Part shown: piece after piece, positions 1 to 10,637 of the stretch
Layout of the letters: each line of letters opens with the position of its first letter
Numbering within the stretch: position 1 is the first letter of the stretch
Source: Candidatus Hydrogenedentota bacterium
Lineage (GTDB): Bacteria > Hydrogenedentota > Hydrogenedentia > Hydrogenedentales > GCA-2746185
DNA length: 34,228 nucleotides
Direction of reading: 5' to 3'
NCBI GenBank assembly: GCA_046583315.1
Contig: JAYGCN010000214.1
Span: 1-34,228 of the forward strand
Notes under the pieces: generated by a model
Told to the model about the DNA's origin: nothing
Seen by the model: only the letters and a program-made list of their open reading frames with translations
Database searches by the model: none
Position numbers and translations under genes: made by a program

Positions 1-259
1 TATAATCGCCTGTGGCTGCCTCGATCCCCAAATTTCGGGCCGCAGATACACCCGCGTTCTCCTGATGCAACAGCTGAATGTGTCCCGCATCCACATACGG
101 CGCCAAAGTCAACGCCGGGTCGTCAGTTGAACCATCGTCCACCACAATCACCTCATGCGGCCGGACAGTTTGTGACAGAATGGAGTCGAGGGTAACACCA
201 ACCGAACTCACATGATTATACAACGGAATCACGACCGATACCCGAGGCGCATCACTCAT
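1..259 (-). CDS. Family 2 glycosyltransferase (3' part runs off window)
   Basis: Not in ORF track; manual translation MSDAPRVSVVIPLYN...VIVVDDGSTD...ENAGVSAARNLGIEAATGDY shows classic GT2 N-terminal motifs; ATG overlaps upstream TGA (ATGA, 256-259). Confidence 0.93.
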   Translation of the reverse strand, partial: MSDAPRVSVVIPLYNHVSSVGVTLDSILSQTVRPHEVIVVDDGSTDDPALTLAPYVDAGHIQLLHQENAGVSAARNLGIEAATGDY

Positions 260-1488
260 GGAGTCGCCCCCGCTTCGGCATAAATATCCATCAGGCGATC
301 ATAGTATCCGTCACTAAAGCCTTCAATGTACGTGCGGGCATTCTCACCCATCTCGCGGCACAACGAGGTATCCGACAATTTCTGGAGACACACAGACAAC
401 GCTTCAACATTGCCCGACTCAAACAGCAGACCGGTCTCACCCTCCTGAATCCGTTCAGGAATCCCTCCGATCTGGGCGCCAATCACCGGCTTGCCCGTGG
501 CAAAAGCCTCCAGCGTCACAAGCGGATCATTTTCGTACCATTCCGAGGGAATCACCACGAAGGCCGCCTTGGAAATGAGCGCCTTCAGCGCGTCTCCCTC
601 TTGATACCCCACCAATCGAACATTCTTGATGTCGTTCACCGCGCACAGTTCCCGTAGCTCCGTCTCAAGCGGCCCGGTCCCCGCAATGACCAACTCCAGC
701 TCCGGCACAAGGGCCTTGGCCTTCAACAGCGTCGCGATTCCTTTTTCTTCGGACAGACGACCCATATAAAGGACATACCCGTCAGATTCGTAGCAGGGTT
801 GATAGGGCTCCAGGTTTATGTAATTCGGAACATGCCGCAACTTCGATTCAGGGATTCCGGCTTCAACAAACTTGTCGGCCATGAACTGACTCGACGGTAA
901 AAACAAATCAATATTCTTCTCATAGATCTGCGTGGCCTTGTGAAAATACATCGCGCCCGCAGCCAGCACGCTTCCCGCCAACGAATCTTTAATGCATCGA
1001 TTGTGCACTGCGTGTCGATAGGCACCGCCCAGGCATCGCTCGCAAATCTCATTGCGCGACTCGATGTACATCTTGTAATTCGGGCATACCAATTTGTATT
1101 CGTGACAGGTCTGCACGATGGGAATACCCGCCTTGCGAATCACGGGCAGAATCGACGGGGAAATCTGATGACTGATCATGTGCAGATGCACCAAATCCGG
1201 CTTGAACGCTTCCAGCAAGGCGGTCATCTTGCGCTGCGATTCGAAGGAATACACGGTTTTACCCACAGTGCTCGACAACGTCTTCAACTTGTATCCCAGC
1301 GAGGTCCCCTTATACTCAATCGGGTTCACGAAATAATCCGACTGCGCGCAGGGCTGATTGTCCGGGTGCTCCATCGAAAAATAAGCAACCTCGTGACCAT
1401 GCTCCTCAAGCATTCGGCTGCACTCAAAGAGATACCGCTCCGAGCCACCGACCACCCGAAAAAATTTGTTGACCTGAAGAATTTTCAT
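256..1488 (-). CDS. Family 4 (GT-B) glycosyltransferase
   Basis: MKILQVNKF...GGSERY N-terminus; YMGRLSEEKG and PSEWYENDPLVTLEAFATGKPVIG GT4 motifs. Confidence 0.93.
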   Translation of the reverse strand: MKILQVNKFFRVVGGSERYLFECSRMLEEHGHEVAYFSMEHPDNQPCAQSDYFVNPIEYKGTSLGYKLKTLSSTVGKTVYSFESQRKMTALLEAFKPDLVHLHMISHQISPSILPVIRKAGIPIVQTCHEYKLVCPNYKMYIESRNEICERCLGGAYRHAVHNRCIKDSLAGSVLAAGAMYFHKATQIYEKNIDLFLPSSQFMADKFVEAGIPESKLRHVPNYINLEPYQPCYESDGYVLYMGRLSEEKGIATLLKAKALVPELELVIAGTGPLETELRELCAVNDIKNVRLVGYQEGDALKALISKAAFVVIPSEWYENDPLVTLEAFATGKPVIGAQIGGIPERIQEGETGLLFESGNVEALSVCLQKLSDTSLCREMGENARTYIEGFSDGYYDRLMDIYAEAGATP

Positions 1489-1570
1489 CCATCACCCGTC
1501 GAGACCCGTTCCACAAACGAGTATACCGATGCACCTCCAATCGAAACAATGCTACACTCCTGAGAAATCG

Positions 1571-2495
1571 ATGCCCGTAATTGGATACCCCATATCAATT
1601 GCCCTGTCACAATCCGATCTGAATGCGCTGGAAGACCTGGTTGTCCACGCCATGCGGTCAGGCGATGAGTCCTCGTTGCGCATCATCGGCTACGGCGAAA
1701 TCACCACCGTCCTCCTCCTCGATACCGACGATGGCACCTTCGCCGTAAAACGATTACCCGTCATGAAGTCCCGCCAAGCCGCAGAACACGTCGCCCAGAC
1801 CATTCATGATTACGTAGAAGCGTTGACGAATCGCGGCCTCCATGTCGTACCGAACGAAGCGTGCATCCTCGAACGGGATAACAACGATGTCGTCGTCTAT
1901 TGTGTGCAAACAGCATTGGCTGAAGACTCCCTCGCCACAAACTGGTTTCGCGAACGACAGCCCGGACGAATGCCAGACGCAATTCGAGCGCATCGTTGAT
2001 CGCATCGAAACCTGCGTCTGCCCGGAAGGCACCAGCGACGGTCAACTCTCCAACTGGGCCTTTGTCAACGATGAGTTGCTTTACCTCGATGTCAGCACGC
2101 CCTTCTACCGTGATTCCAACGGCGCAAGCCTGCTCGATTGGAAAAACTATATGGGCCCGATCCCTGCGCTGCTAAGATGGTATTACATGCGCGAAGTGCC
2201 GAAAGTCTTGGACAAGTATTTCGATCTTCGGGGACAACTTCTCGACTTCCTCGGTAATTTGCGCAAGGAACAACTCGATCACCTCACACCCGACTTCACC
2301 GACTACGTGAACGAACGCTTCAACTTTGAAAAACCAATCACCGCAACCGACATTCAGCGGTTCTACAACGAAGACGCCAAAATGTACGCCCTCGTCGAAC
2401 GCCTTCGCAAAGTGGATCGCTGGGTGCATCGCAACATCCTGCGCCGCACCTACCCCTACCTTCTCGCCCCCAACATTGAACGCAATCTCTACTGA
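1571..2495 (+). pseudogene. Conserved hypothetical protein (DUF6206-like), frameshifted near 1955
   Basis: ORF 1529..1999 (IIGYGEITTV...FAVKRLP) and ORF 1842..2495 (DGQLSNW...YLDVSTP) join as NWFRE/DSPDECQ if one base is removed near 1955. Family assignment from motif recall; start codon uncertain. Confidence 0.6.
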
Positions 2496-2547
2496 GGCCC
2501 CCTTCATGCGTGAAGGAAAAGACGAAGCGATTGAACATTTCGCCGAC

Positions 2548-3555
2548 TTAATGTAAATCTTCCAGCACAACAGCGAATTCGGCCTGTTGATGTCGCGAGA
2601 ACGAGTCCGGCCTCAAACCCGACAGTCGCGCCAGAAACGCAGCCCAGTCGCGCTCGGATTCGTCGAATAACTTCTCGAATGCTTCAAGCCCCGAATCATA
2701 AGTCCGTGCGCCAGACAAGGCCGCGTTATTGAGCGGGTTCGGAAGCTTCAGATCGACCTGCAGTGCCGTCAGTATCCGCTCTTTTTCGGCGCGTTTCTCT
2801 TCATCGGATACTTCCAATTGATAGAGGTCGCTCAGTTCCGTAAACGCCCTCGCGAAGCCTTCGGATCGTTTTTTGCGAAGCTCCAGCCAACGCGCGTAGT
2901 CGTCCGCCGCACCATGGTTCTCATCCAGATACTCCATCGCCATGGTTTCCCCGACGAACTGCGCGAGACTCTCATTAAAGTACGACTGATTCTTTACGTA
3001 AATAGTCGCATGTAAGGATTCATGCAGGATCGTTTCCGCTAGCAACGCTTCAGCCAATTCCCCGCGCCCAAGCATCGTCGAAAAAATCGGATCCTTGAAC
3101 CAGCCCAGCGTCGAATACGCCGATGCCCCACGAACATGCACATCCCATCCCTCGCCGCGAAGCTTTTCGGCATGCGACTCGGCACGCTCCCGTTTGAACC
3201 AGCCCAAATAACTGAAGCTGCCTACAATCGGAAATTTCCAGGTCTTCGGCATCAAACTGAATTCGGGACACGCCGTCACTACCCACACCACCGCATCGCC
3301 ATCAACCGCTACATATTTCTCGTAACTCTTCGTCGCGTTGAGACCTTGCTTTTCCGCATAAGCCTTTATCGCAGGAACCTGTCGGAGCAGTTCAGTCGTT
3401 TCAGTCGATGTCTCTGGATCGGCAATCACCTTCGACAATGGTCGGGCAGAAGTTTGCACCTTCAACTGACCTGCACCCGCCTGTGATAGAAACGACACGG
3501 TTGTACACCCCGAAAGTGTTAGCGCCAGCATTCCCAAAAGCGCGCGCGTCAACAA
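2548..3555 (-). CDS. Putative zinc aminopeptidase lipoprotein (DUF2265-like)
   Basis: Lipobox LTLSGC; AYSTLGWFKDP; HESLH zinc motif followed by FNESLA (gluzincin-like). Confidence 0.85.
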   Translation of the reverse strand: MLTRALLGMLALTLSGCTTVSFLSQAGAGQLKVQTSARPLSKVIADPETSTETTELLRQVPAIKAYAEKQGLNATKSYEKYVAVDGDAVVWVVTACPEFSLMPKTWKFPIVGSFSYLGWFKRERAESHAEKLRGEGWDVHVRGASAYSTLGWFKDPIFSTMLGRGELAEALLAETILHESLHATIYVKNQSYFNESLAQFVGETMAMEYLDENHGAADDYARWLELRKKRSEGFARAFTELSDLYQLEVSDEEKRAEKERILTALQVDLKLPNPLNNAALSGARTYDSGLEAFEKLFDESERDWAAFLARLSGLRPDSFSRHQQAEFAVVLEDLH

Positions 3556-3558
3556 ACC

Positions 3559-4995
3559 CTAGGCCAATATGTCATGCACGACGCGCCCGTGCACATCCGT
3601 CAGTCGGAAATCACGACCCTGGAACCGGTGCGTGAAGCGTTTGTGGTCGATGCCGAGCTGGTGCAGCAGCGTTGCGTGAAAATCATGCACGTGCATCTTA
3701 TTCACTTCTGCCGCGTAGCCCAGTTCATCGGTCTCGCCATACGTAATGCCCGGTTTGATGCCCCCGCCAGCCATCCACAGCGAGAACCCCTTGATATGGT
3801 GATCACGCCCGTCGCCCTGCGCCATCGGCGTACGCCCGAACTCACCGCCCCAGATAACCAGCGTATCATCCAACATGCCGCGCTGTTTCAGGTCCATCAC
3901 CAACGCCGCCGAAGCCTGATCCACCAACTTACTCGCAATCTGAATATCCCCGCGCAATTTACTGTGATGATCCCAACCGCGGTGATACAACTGCGTGAAC
4001 CGTACTCCCCGTTCGGCCAAGCGGCGTGCCAACAAACAATTCGACGCGAAGGAACCATCCAAATTCCCGTCCACGCCATACATGTCAAGAATATGCTTAG
4101 GCTCCCCGGAGACATCCGTCAACTCCGGCACCGAAGTCTGCATTTTGAAGGCCATCTCGTATTGACTGATGCGGGTCGCGATTTCGGGGTCATCAACCAG
4201 CGTATCGAAGTCTGCGTTCAGTGACGCGATCGTATCGATTACATCGCGTTGACGTCTCGCATCAATCCCCTCAGGATTCCCGAGATACAATACGGGATCG
4301 CCAGAGGATTGGAACTGCACGCCCTGGTATTTGCTCGAAAGAAATCCCGCGTGCCACTGTCGTGCGGCAATCGGCTGACCCTGACCGCCCCCTTTCGACG
4401 TAAGCACGATGAATCCCGGCAAATTATCCGCGCCGTTTCCGAGTCCATAGGTCAGCCACGCGCCCATGCTGGGTCGTCCAGAAATCGAGGTCCCCGTATT
4501 CATAAACGTATGCGCGGGATCGTGATTAATCTGCTCGGTAATCATCGACCGAACAATGCAAATATCATCGGCAATCCGGTGTGTATGCGGCAAAATACTG
4601 CTGATTTCCTGACCCGACTGTCCATATTTCGCGAAGGGAAATACCGGACCCATGCAATTCAGTTTCGCCCCCTGCAACTGCGCGATGGGTTGGCCTTTGG
4701 TAAACGATTCCGGCATCGGTTTACCGTCCTGCTTCGCCAACTCCGGTTTATAATCAAAGGTCTCCAAGTGCGAAGGCCCCCCGGCCATATACAGGAAGAT
4801 TACGCGTTTGGCTTTCGGCGCAAAATGAAGCGGATTGATCGACCCGAAATTCACACCGGGTTGGGACGCCGCGAATGCACGATTGCCACCCAACATCGAT
4901 GTCAACGCAATCGCACCCAGTCCCTTCATCCCCTGTCCGAGAAACTCCCGGCGGGTCCGTTGCAATGCACTGTCATAAAAAGGATTCATCAACAA
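3559..4995 (-). CDS. DUF1501 domain protein with Tat-like N-terminus
   Basis: TRREFL; AKRVIFLYMAGGPSHLETFDYKP; GWDHH; WGGEFGRTP; GRDHH; RLTDVHG motifs. Confidence 0.92.
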   Translation of the reverse strand: MLMNPFYDSALQRTRREFLGQGMKGLGAIALTSMLGGNRAFAASQPGVNFGSINPLHFAPKAKRVIFLYMAGGPSHLETFDYKPELAKQDGKPMPESFTKGQPIAQLQGAKLNCMGPVFPFAKYGQSGQEISSILPHTHRIADDICIVRSMITEQINHDPAHTFMNTGTSISGRPSMGAWLTYGLGNGADNLPGFIVLTSKGGGQGQPIAARQWHAGFLSSKYQGVQFQSSGDPVLYLGNPEGIDARRQRDVIDTIASLNADFDTLVDDPEIATRISQYEMAFKMQTSVPELTDVSGEPKHILDMYGVDGNLDGSFASNCLLARRLAERGVRFTQLYHRGWDHHSKLRGDIQIASKLVDQASAALVMDLKQRGMLDDTLVIWGGEFGRTPMAQGDGRDHHIKGFSLWMAGGGIKPGITYGETDELGYAAEVNKMHVHDFHATLLHQLGIDHKRFTHRFQGRDFRLTDVHGRVVHDILA

Positions 4996-5001
4996 CCGTC
5001 C

Positions 5002-7743
5002 TTACATTCGTGTAATCGTTTCATGCAGATTCAACAAAACGCGCGACACCGACGTCCACGCCGCAACATCCGCTGCGGCCAACGAGTCATCCGCAACGCG
5101 CTGCCCGATCTTCAGTAACTTTTTGGCATCATCTTCGTTCGCGCGATAATGCGCGAGATGCGCGGTGGCCAGTTTCGCCACGGCTTCCTGCTCATTCGGA
5201 TTCGGCATGCGCGCCAGAACCCGGCGATACGCGAACGCGATTTTTTCGTCAATCGATTTACCTCCGTCACGCACAATATCTTCTGCCAACGCTCGCGCCG
5301 CTTCTACATAGGTCGGATCATTTAACAACACCAGCGCCTGTTGCGGAATATTCGACACGACCCGTTCAGCCGTACATTCCTCGCGCGTCGGTGCATCAAA
5401 AGCCAACATGCTCGGCTGCAGAAATGACCGACGCCAAAAAACATACAACCCGCGACGATACTGTTTCTCTCCACTGTCTTCATGGTAAATTATTTTGTTG
5501 CCCACGCCCGCATAAGTGTCATCGTAATAACTCTCTGGCTGGTAGGGATAAACGCTCGGACCGCCGAGTTGATGCACCATAAGTCCGGTCGTCGCGAGAG
5601 CATTGTCCCGCACTTGTTCAGCTTCCAGACGCAACCGATTCTGATAGGCCAACAAACGGTTATAAGGGTCTATCGCCAGAGCAGCCGCATTCACTTGAGA
5701 AGACTGCGCGTAAGTATTCGACGTCACGATTAGTTGCACGACATGTTGCACATCCCAGCCGCTCTCCATAAATTCAACGGCCAGCCAATCCAATAACTCT
5801 GGATGACTCGGCCATTCGCCTTGTGCCCCGAAATCATCAAGCACTTTCGACAACCCCGTCCCGAAAAACTGTTTCCAGAGTCGATTCACATACACCCGAG
5901 CCGTAAGCGGATTTTGCTCACTCACGAACCATTCTGCCAAGTCCAGACGTGTCGCACGACCCTCCGTGTTCAGTACACCCAGACTGGATGGTATCGAGGG
6001 TTTCACCACCGGGCCCGAATGATCCAGCCAGTTTCCCCGCGGCAATATGCGTATCTCACGGGGTTTCACCGACTCCGATATTAACGTCGAAGGTATGCCT
6101 TCCGACGCACGCTTCTTGCGATTCTCCTCTGCCTTTAATTTACCTTCGTATCTCTTTTTCGCATCACTCATGTCTTCCGCGCGATTGATGAGACTCTTCA
6201 GTTCCTTGATTTCTTTATCAAACGCCGTGATTTCATCTTCCTGCTCAGGAGTCGTCAGCAACAAGAACGGGCCGTAACCATATTTCCCGTGTTCATACTT
6301 GCCGCGTTCCTTGAGGTCCGCGAAAAACGCCCCGAACTCATAAAAATTCGCTTGCGAGAAAGGATCGAATTTGTGGTCATGACATTCCGCACAACCCATC
6401 GTCGCACCCAGCCATACGGTCGATGTCGTCCGCACACGATCCGAAAAGTACTTCACAATATACTCGCCCGGCTGCACGCCGCCCTCCGACGAAATCTGGT
6501 TCAAACGGTTATACCCCGACGCGATGAGCTGGTCCCGCGTCGCGTTGGGCAACATATCCCCCGCAACTTGCTCAATCGTAAACTGATCAAAAGGCATGTT
6601 CTCATTAAACGCATCGATCACATAATCACGATACGGCCATACGCTGCGATATTCGTCCGAGTGATATCCGTTGGTATCCGCATACCGAACCAGATCCAGC
6701 CAATACGCCGCCATGCGCTCGCCGTAACGCTCCGACTTCAGGAGTTTATCAACCACTTTACGGAATGCGCGCTTACGACCGTCCTCCTTGAAAGACTCCA
6801 CACCCTCAAACGTCGTCGGCAATCCAGTCAAATCAAAGGTGACACGACGCAAAAGCGTTCGTTTGTCCGCAGGAGCCGCCGGTTGCAGCCCTTCGTCCTC
6901 AAGTCGCGCGAGAACAAAAGCATCAATCGGATTCGCAACCCACTTCTTGCCATTCACCTTAGGCACCGGACTGCGCTCAGGCACTATATACGCCCAATGC
7001 TTCTCGTACTCCGCCCCCTGTTCTATCCACTTCGCCAAAATCGCGCGGTCCATATCGGACAACGATCGCCCGCTGTCCCGCGGCGGCATTTCGTCCGTCA
7101 CATGATGCGAAAACACCCGCGCGATCAATGCACTCTCCGTAATGCTGCCTGGCTTCAGCACGGTTCTCCCGTCCCGATCCCGAATCGCATCCTCGCGCAC
7201 ATCCAGTCGCAATTTCGCCTGGCGCTTGTTCTTGTCAAAGCCGTGGCAAAGATAACAGCTATTGGAAAGAATCGGCCGTACATCGCGATTGAATTCGATC
7301 ACCTCTGGCACACCTTCGGATTCCACCTTCAGCGACGCCAGTTCCGCATGCACCCATTCCGGCGTCCGCGGAGCCTTCGCAGGAAAACCTTTCCAACCGT
7401 CGAAGCCTGCCCCGGCTTCAATCCAGCTACGAAGGGTCGCGATTTCGATACTTGTCAGACCATCCCCCTCAGGTGGCATACGATCCTCATCACCTTCCAG
7501 CAACGTGATTCGTTCCAGCAGGATACTCATCTCATCGCTGCTGTGTTCCAGCACCGGGAACCCCATCTCCTGGATAAACATGCCCGGATGATCAAGACGC
7601 AAATCCCCCTTCTGCTTGTCCTCACCGTGGCACTTGATGCACCGCAATTCCAGAATCGGCCAGACATCCGTTCGGAAATCCGCGGCACGCACCGATAGTG
7701 ATACGGCCAAAAGAAGAATCGAAAGAGGTATGCGCAACGCCAT
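5002..7743 (-). CDS. Planctomycete-type cytochrome c / DUF1549 / DUF1553 (PSD1) protein
   Basis: Three CxxCH motifs (CIKCH, CYLCH, CAECH); NPIDAFV, WLDLVRYADT, NPLTARVYVNRLW, SHPELLDWLA motifs; start placed at MALRIPLSILLL signal peptide; directly upstream of DUF1501. Confidence 0.92.
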   Translation of the reverse strand: MALRIPLSILLLAVSLSVRAADFRTDVWPILELRCIKCHGEDKQKGDLRLDHPGMFIQEMGFPVLEHSSDEMSILLERITLLEGDEDRMPPEGDGLTSIEIATLRSWIEAGAGFDGWKGFPAKAPRTPEWVHAELASLKVESEGVPEVIEFNRDVRPILSNSCYLCHGFDKNKRQAKLRLDVREDAIRDRDGRTVLKPGSITESALIARVFSHHVTDEMPPRDSGRSLSDMDRAILAKWIEQGAEYEKHWAYIVPERSPVPKVNGKKWVANPIDAFVLARLEDEGLQPAAPADKRTLLRRVTFDLTGLPTTFEGVESFKEDGRKRAFRKVVDKLLKSERYGERMAAYWLDLVRYADTNGYHSDEYRSVWPYRDYVIDAFNENMPFDQFTIEQVAGDMLPNATRDQLIASGYNRLNQISSEGGVQPGEYIVKYFSDRVRTTSTVWLGATMGCAECHDHKFDPFSQANFYEFGAFFADLKERGKYEHGKYGYGPFLLLTTPEQEDEITAFDKEIKELKSLINRAEDMSDAKKRYEGKLKAEENRKKRASEGIPSTLISESVKPREIRILPRGNWLDHSGPVVKPSIPSSLGVLNTEGRATRLDLAEWFVSEQNPLTARVYVNRLWKQFFGTGLSKVLDDFGAQGEWPSHPELLDWLAVEFMESGWDVQHVVQLIVTSNTYAQSSQVNAAALAIDPYNRLLAYQNRLRLEAEQVRDNALATTGLMVHQLGGPSVYPYQPESYYDDTYAGVGNKIIYHEDSGEKQYRRGLYVFWRRSFLQPSMLAFDAPTREECTAERVVSNIPQQALVLLNDPTYVEAARALAEDIVRDGGKSIDEKIAFAYRRVLARMPNPNEQEAVAKLATAHLAHYRANEDDAKKLLKIGQRVADDSLAAADVAAWTSVSRVLLNLHETITRM

Positions 7744-7879
7744 GATAAATTCCAGGTTGTTCGAAGGGTAACTCCTTACAGTATAGAGTGATTCGTGAAG
7801 GGTTGACAAGGCAAAGAGGCTTGAATTCACCTCATTATTCTGCCAAGGTAGTCCCTTACGCCAACGAAGGAGACGAATC

Positions 7880-8668
7880 ATGATGGATCGCAGAAATTTT
7901 ATGGGCCTTGGCGCAGTAGCCGCAGGAGCAGCAACCTTGACACAACTCGACCGCACTGCCCACGCACAACATGGTGAACCCCGCGACCACTACGAACTTC
8001 GCCGCTACCACCTCGATACCGATGCCCAGCGAAAAGGCCTCCACACCTTCCTCAAGGACACGTTCATCCCCGCCTGCAACCGAAACGACATCCCCCAGGT
8101 CGGCGTTTTCGAAATCCGTAATGAAGACGGCCCCGTATTCGTGCTCATCCGCCATACTTCCGCCAGCTCCTTCACCACGGGCACCCGACGTTTACTCGCC
8201 GACGAGAAATTCCTCAAAGATGGCGATGCGTTTCTCAATACAGACGCCAAAAAAACCGCCTACTCCCGCATCGAGACCCAATTCATGATCTCCTTCGAAG
8301 GCATGACCGAGCTCGAACACCCCGTTACCGGCCCCGACCGCGTATTCGAACTGCGCAACTACCAAAGCCACAGCGTCGTCGCCGGTCAAAAGAAAATCGA
8401 AATGTTCAATTCCGGCGAGATCCAGATCATGCGTGACACCGGACTCGGCCCCGTCCTCTACGGCGAACACCTCAGCGGCCCCGACATGCCCAACCTCACC
8501 TACTTCCTGTCCTACGAAAACTTCCGGGCACGCGGCAAAGCATGGCAGACTTTCGGCAGCGATCCCGCGTGGAAAGAAATCAGCGGCAAACCCGAATACG
8601 CCAACGACAAAATCTTGTCCGACATCAGCAATATTTTCCTCGTGCCGACCAAATATTCACAGGTGTAG
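7880..8668 (+). CDS. NIPSNAP family protein, Tat-exported
   Basis: MDRRNFM Tat motif; YELRRY and FELRNY NIPSNAP repeats; KKIEMFN; AAGGAG SD upstream. Confidence 0.88.
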   Translation: MMDRRNFMGLGAVAAGAATLTQLDRTAHAQHGEPRDHYELRRYHLDTDAQRKGLHTFLKDTFIPACNRNDIPQVGVFEIRNEDGPVFVLIRHTSASSFTTGTRRLLADEKFLKDGDAFLNTDAKKTAYSRIETQFMISFEGMTELEHPVTGPDRVFELRNYQSHSVVAGQKKIEMFNSGEIQIMRDTGLGPVLYGEHLSGPDMPNLTYFLSYENFRARGKAWQTFGSDPAWKEISGKPEYANDKILSDISNIFLVPTKYSQV

Positions 8669-8936
8669 TCGCCCCAAAAAAGGTACAGTACCCCAACTGC
8701 GTCAAGCACCCGATTTCTGTCCTCGTACCCGAAATCAGGTAACTCCATGCCGCGCGTCAGTATCACCGTTTTCGCACCTTGATGTGTAATGGTTTTCTTC
8801 GTTTCGACTTACGCGACGCTCCAACGCGCATCAAATATGGCATGTACTTTGCTCCCATACTCCCAAAGACCGATTCACCTGCAACCGGCTCCATCGGAAG
8901 CAGGTCAAACTGATCGGATACTTAGGAGAATGCATT

Positions 8937-10406
8937 ATGAGAACCCCGGCCCGAAAACGCTTCATTACCGCTCTGCTAATCCCATGTGCCTTCGCCGCCC
9001 TGGTGGCACTCGGCGCGAATTCGTTACTGAAAGTTGATGCCGAAGTAGAACGCATCGCTGATTTGCGCGGCCTGAACGAAACCTTCGTTGAAATATCTGC
9101 GAACGCTTCGAAAGCGGTCGTCTTTATACAAGCGGAAGCCAGGGTCGAACGAACAGCCCGGTCAGTCCGTCCTCGCAATAAGTTCGAGGAAGAGCTGTTT
9201 CGACGCTTCTCCGGCCCAAATGCCCCACCCGGAGATCAATCCCGCAGCGACACAAATCAGGATGAAATTCGCCCAATAGGTCAAGGCACCGGCTTCATCA
9301 TTTCCGAAGACGGATACATCGTCACCAACCACCATGTCATTGGAAACGCCGACCAGGTCCGTGTGAAACTCACCGATGGCTCAGAATACCTCGCCGAGGT
9401 CGTGGGCTCCGACGAAGCCACCGATATAGCGCTCCTCCGAATCGACGAAAACGATCTCTCCACGGTCGCGCTGGGCGACTCAGACGCGCTCAACGTGGGC
9501 GAGTGGGCCCTCGCCATAGGCAATCCCTTTGGCCTCTCCCACTCCGTTACGGCGGGCATCATCAGCGCCAAAGGCCGCGGGGAAGTGGGCATCACCAACT
9601 ACGCCGACTTTATCCAGACCGATGCCGCAATCAATCCCGGCAACTCCGGCGGTCCGTTGATAAACATCGATGGTGAAGTCATTGGTTTGAACACCGCAAT
9701 TTATTCACGTACGGGCGGATACATGGGCATCGGATTTGCCGTACCGATCAACATGGTTCGCCATGTGACCGACCAGCTGCGCAATGATGGAAAAATCACA
9801 CGCGGCTTTCTCGGAATCAGCATTCAAAATATCACCCCTGAACTCGCCGACTGGTTTGACACGAAAACGGGCAACGGTATCATCATCGCCGAAGTCCACG
9901 ACGACAGCCCAGCCTCACTCGGCGGTCTCGAACGAGACGACATTATCATCGAGCTCGATGGACGCGTAGTGGATGAAATGGGCTCGTTCAGAAGTCGTAT
10001 CGCAACTACGAGTCCCGGCGAAAAAGTCAATCTGAAAATCGTGCGCAACGGAAACGAACTGAAAAAAGTTGTCGAGGTCGGCGCGCTGGACACCGCGCAA
10101 ACAGAGTCGCAGGTGATCTCACCCGCTGCGCGACTTGGCATTGAATTGGACGACCTTACACCTGACCTCGCCGATCAATTGGGCTATCGCTTCGAAGAAG
10201 GCATCGTCATCAAAAGTATCGAGGCAAATTCCGCAGCCCAACGCGCCGGTTTACGTCCCGGCATGCTCATCCTGGAAATCAATCGTCACGAAGTCACTTC
10301 TGTCGACACATTTAACGACGTCATCGCACGTTCTGAATCTATCGAACCGGTCCTCTTGCTGGTACAGTATCGAGGCCGAATCCATTACCTCATCATCCGA
10401 CCCTAA
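8937..10406 (+). CDS. degQ: HtrA/DegP/DegQ serine endoprotease with two PDZ domains
   Basis: GTGFII, VTNHHV, TDIALL, IQTDAAINPGNSGGPL catalytic motifs; two C-terminal PDZ-like segments. Confidence 0.93.
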   Translation: MRTPARKRFITALLIPCAFAALVALGANSLLKVDAEVERIADLRGLNETFVEISANASKAVVFIQAEARVERTARSVRPRNKFEEELFRRFSGPNAPPGDQSRSDTNQDEIRPIGQGTGFIISEDGYIVTNHHVIGNADQVRVKLTDGSEYLAEVVGSDEATDIALLRIDENDLSTVALGDSDALNVGEWALAIGNPFGLSHSVTAGIISAKGRGEVGITNYADFIQTDAAINPGNSGGPLINIDGEVIGLNTAIYSRTGGYMGIGFAVPINMVRHVTDQLRNDGKITRGFLGISIQNITPELADWFDTKTGNGIIIAEVHDDSPASLGGLERDDIIIELDGRVVDEMGSFRSRIATTSPGEKVNLKIVRNGNELKKVVEVGALDTAQTESQVISPAARLGIELDDLTPDLADQLGYRFEEGIVIKSIEANSAAQRAGLRPGMLILEINRHEVTSVDTFNDVIARSESIEPVLLLVQYRGRIHYLIIRP

Positions 10407-10466
10407 CCCCGTCCCCGGCACACTCGCCCTAGCCCAAGGGGGGTACCCGCAGGGACCAATGCCCAA

Positions 10467-10511
10467 ACACGGGCCGACGCGATTCACTCCCCGCGTCGGC
10501 CCGTGTCTTTT
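10467..10511 (+). terminator. Intrinsic terminator after degQ
   Basis: Perfect 15 bp stem ACACGGGCCGACGCG / CGCGTCGGCCCGTGT, 10 nt loop, followed by CTTTT. Confidence 0.8.
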
Positions 10512-10637
10512 GTTACACTATTTAATGTGAATTAACTAACTTGCTTCAAACTATCTAAATCTGCCACAATCCCAACCAAATACAACAAATTTACTACATT
10601 TTCTTTGTCATTTTTCTTGTCGGGAGGCAGAATCACC

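Noticed and set aside
980..1110. Cys cluster in the GT4 protein (CPNY...CERC...RC)
   Set aside because: A common insertion in this GT4 subgroup; no link to the metal locus is evident.
6289..7698. Long antisense ORFs (also 4249..5118, 12119..13297, 16407..17132)
   Set aside because: They shadow well-supported genes on the opposite strand and lack recognisable motifs; expected from GC-biased codon usage.
8682..8692. GGTACAGTACC palindrome after the NIPSNAP gene
   Set aside because: Single short copy in the window; insufficient to call a REP element or operator.
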